This document shows, in pieces, positions 23,781-24,000 of a DNA stretch of 24,000 nucleotides (its first letter is position 1; every line of letters starts with the position of its first letter). This DNA is from Streptomyces sp. NBC_00576 (lineage in GTDB: Bacteria; Actinomycetota; Actinomycetes; Streptomycetales; Streptomycetaceae): assembly GCF_036345175.1 (NCBI RefSeq), contig NZ_CP107780.1, forward strand, positions 4,958,871 to 4,982,870. Direction: 5' to 3'. The notes beneath the pieces are model-generated. The model was not told the origin of the DNA, did no database searches, and was given only the letters and a program-made list of their open reading frames with translations. The position numbers were made by a program, and so were the translations under genes.

Positions 23781-24000
23781 GTGACCGGCGAGTTGCTTCG
23801 CCGAAGCCGGGGCTCGGAGCTGACGGAGGAGGACTGCTGGGCCCTCTACACCCACGTCGGCGCGGGCAGGAATGATCTGACCGCTGCGGCGACCGCAGCG
23901 CTCCCCGACCTGCTGCGGCTCGCCGCGTCTCCCGGCGGGGTACGGGTCGACCTCGTCGACCTGGTCGGCACGCTGGCCCGGAAGGCAGCGACCGCCCCGC
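23781..24000 (+). CDS. 5' part of a hypothetical protein; 3' end lies outside the window
   Basis: GTG 23781, 5 nt after the preceding stop. 73 codons with about 88% GC3 (VTGELLRRSRGSELTEEDCWALYTHVGAGRNDL...). I recognise no motif. Confidence 0.4.
   Translation, partial: MTGELLRRSRGSELTEEDCWALYTHVGAGRNDLTAAATAALPDLLRLAASPGGVRVDLVDLVGTLARKAATAP

Overview
High-GC actinobacterial (Streptomyces-like) chromosomal DNA. From about 8.2 kb to 24 kb is a conserved housekeeping block. From memory (not verified), its gene order matches the msiK to phoU neighbourhood of S. coelicolor: msiK, small secreted protein, NDP-sugar nucleotidyltransferase, DoxX-family membrane protein, rlmB, cysS, ispF, ispD, carD, lipoprotein, phoP-phoR, divergent phoU, the small Cys-rich mtpA-like gene, and a sugar-binding lipoprotein. 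Strong hairpin terminators separate the convergent genes, and PHO-box direct repeats sit in the phoRP/phoU divergent region. The left third (1-8.2 kb) is accessory. A tRNA-Thr(UGU) gene at 6274-6347 has a degenerate direct copy of its own 3' end at 642-668. The two copies bracket a ~5.6 kb integrase-less islet encoding a 1070-aa Cys-rich multi-domain secreted protein, a rhomboid-like membrane protein, an APH(6)-type kinase and a GNAT acetyltransferase. This islet has a strand-specific synonymous-codon asymmetry: the kinase gene has 48 A-ending and 0 T-ending codons. On the other side of the tRNA lies a solo tnpB (RNA-guided nuclease family) with intact catalytic motifs and no tnpA, followed by an orphan 3' gene fragment just upstream of msiK. 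Just outside the islet is a perfect SoxR-type operator embedded in a 19-bp-spacer promoter with no ORF downstream. Several genes appear leaderless (TAnnnT, then 6-7 nt, then the start codon). I found no CRISPR array, rRNA or obvious defence operon. All calls rest on reading the sequence and ORF translations; no database search was run.
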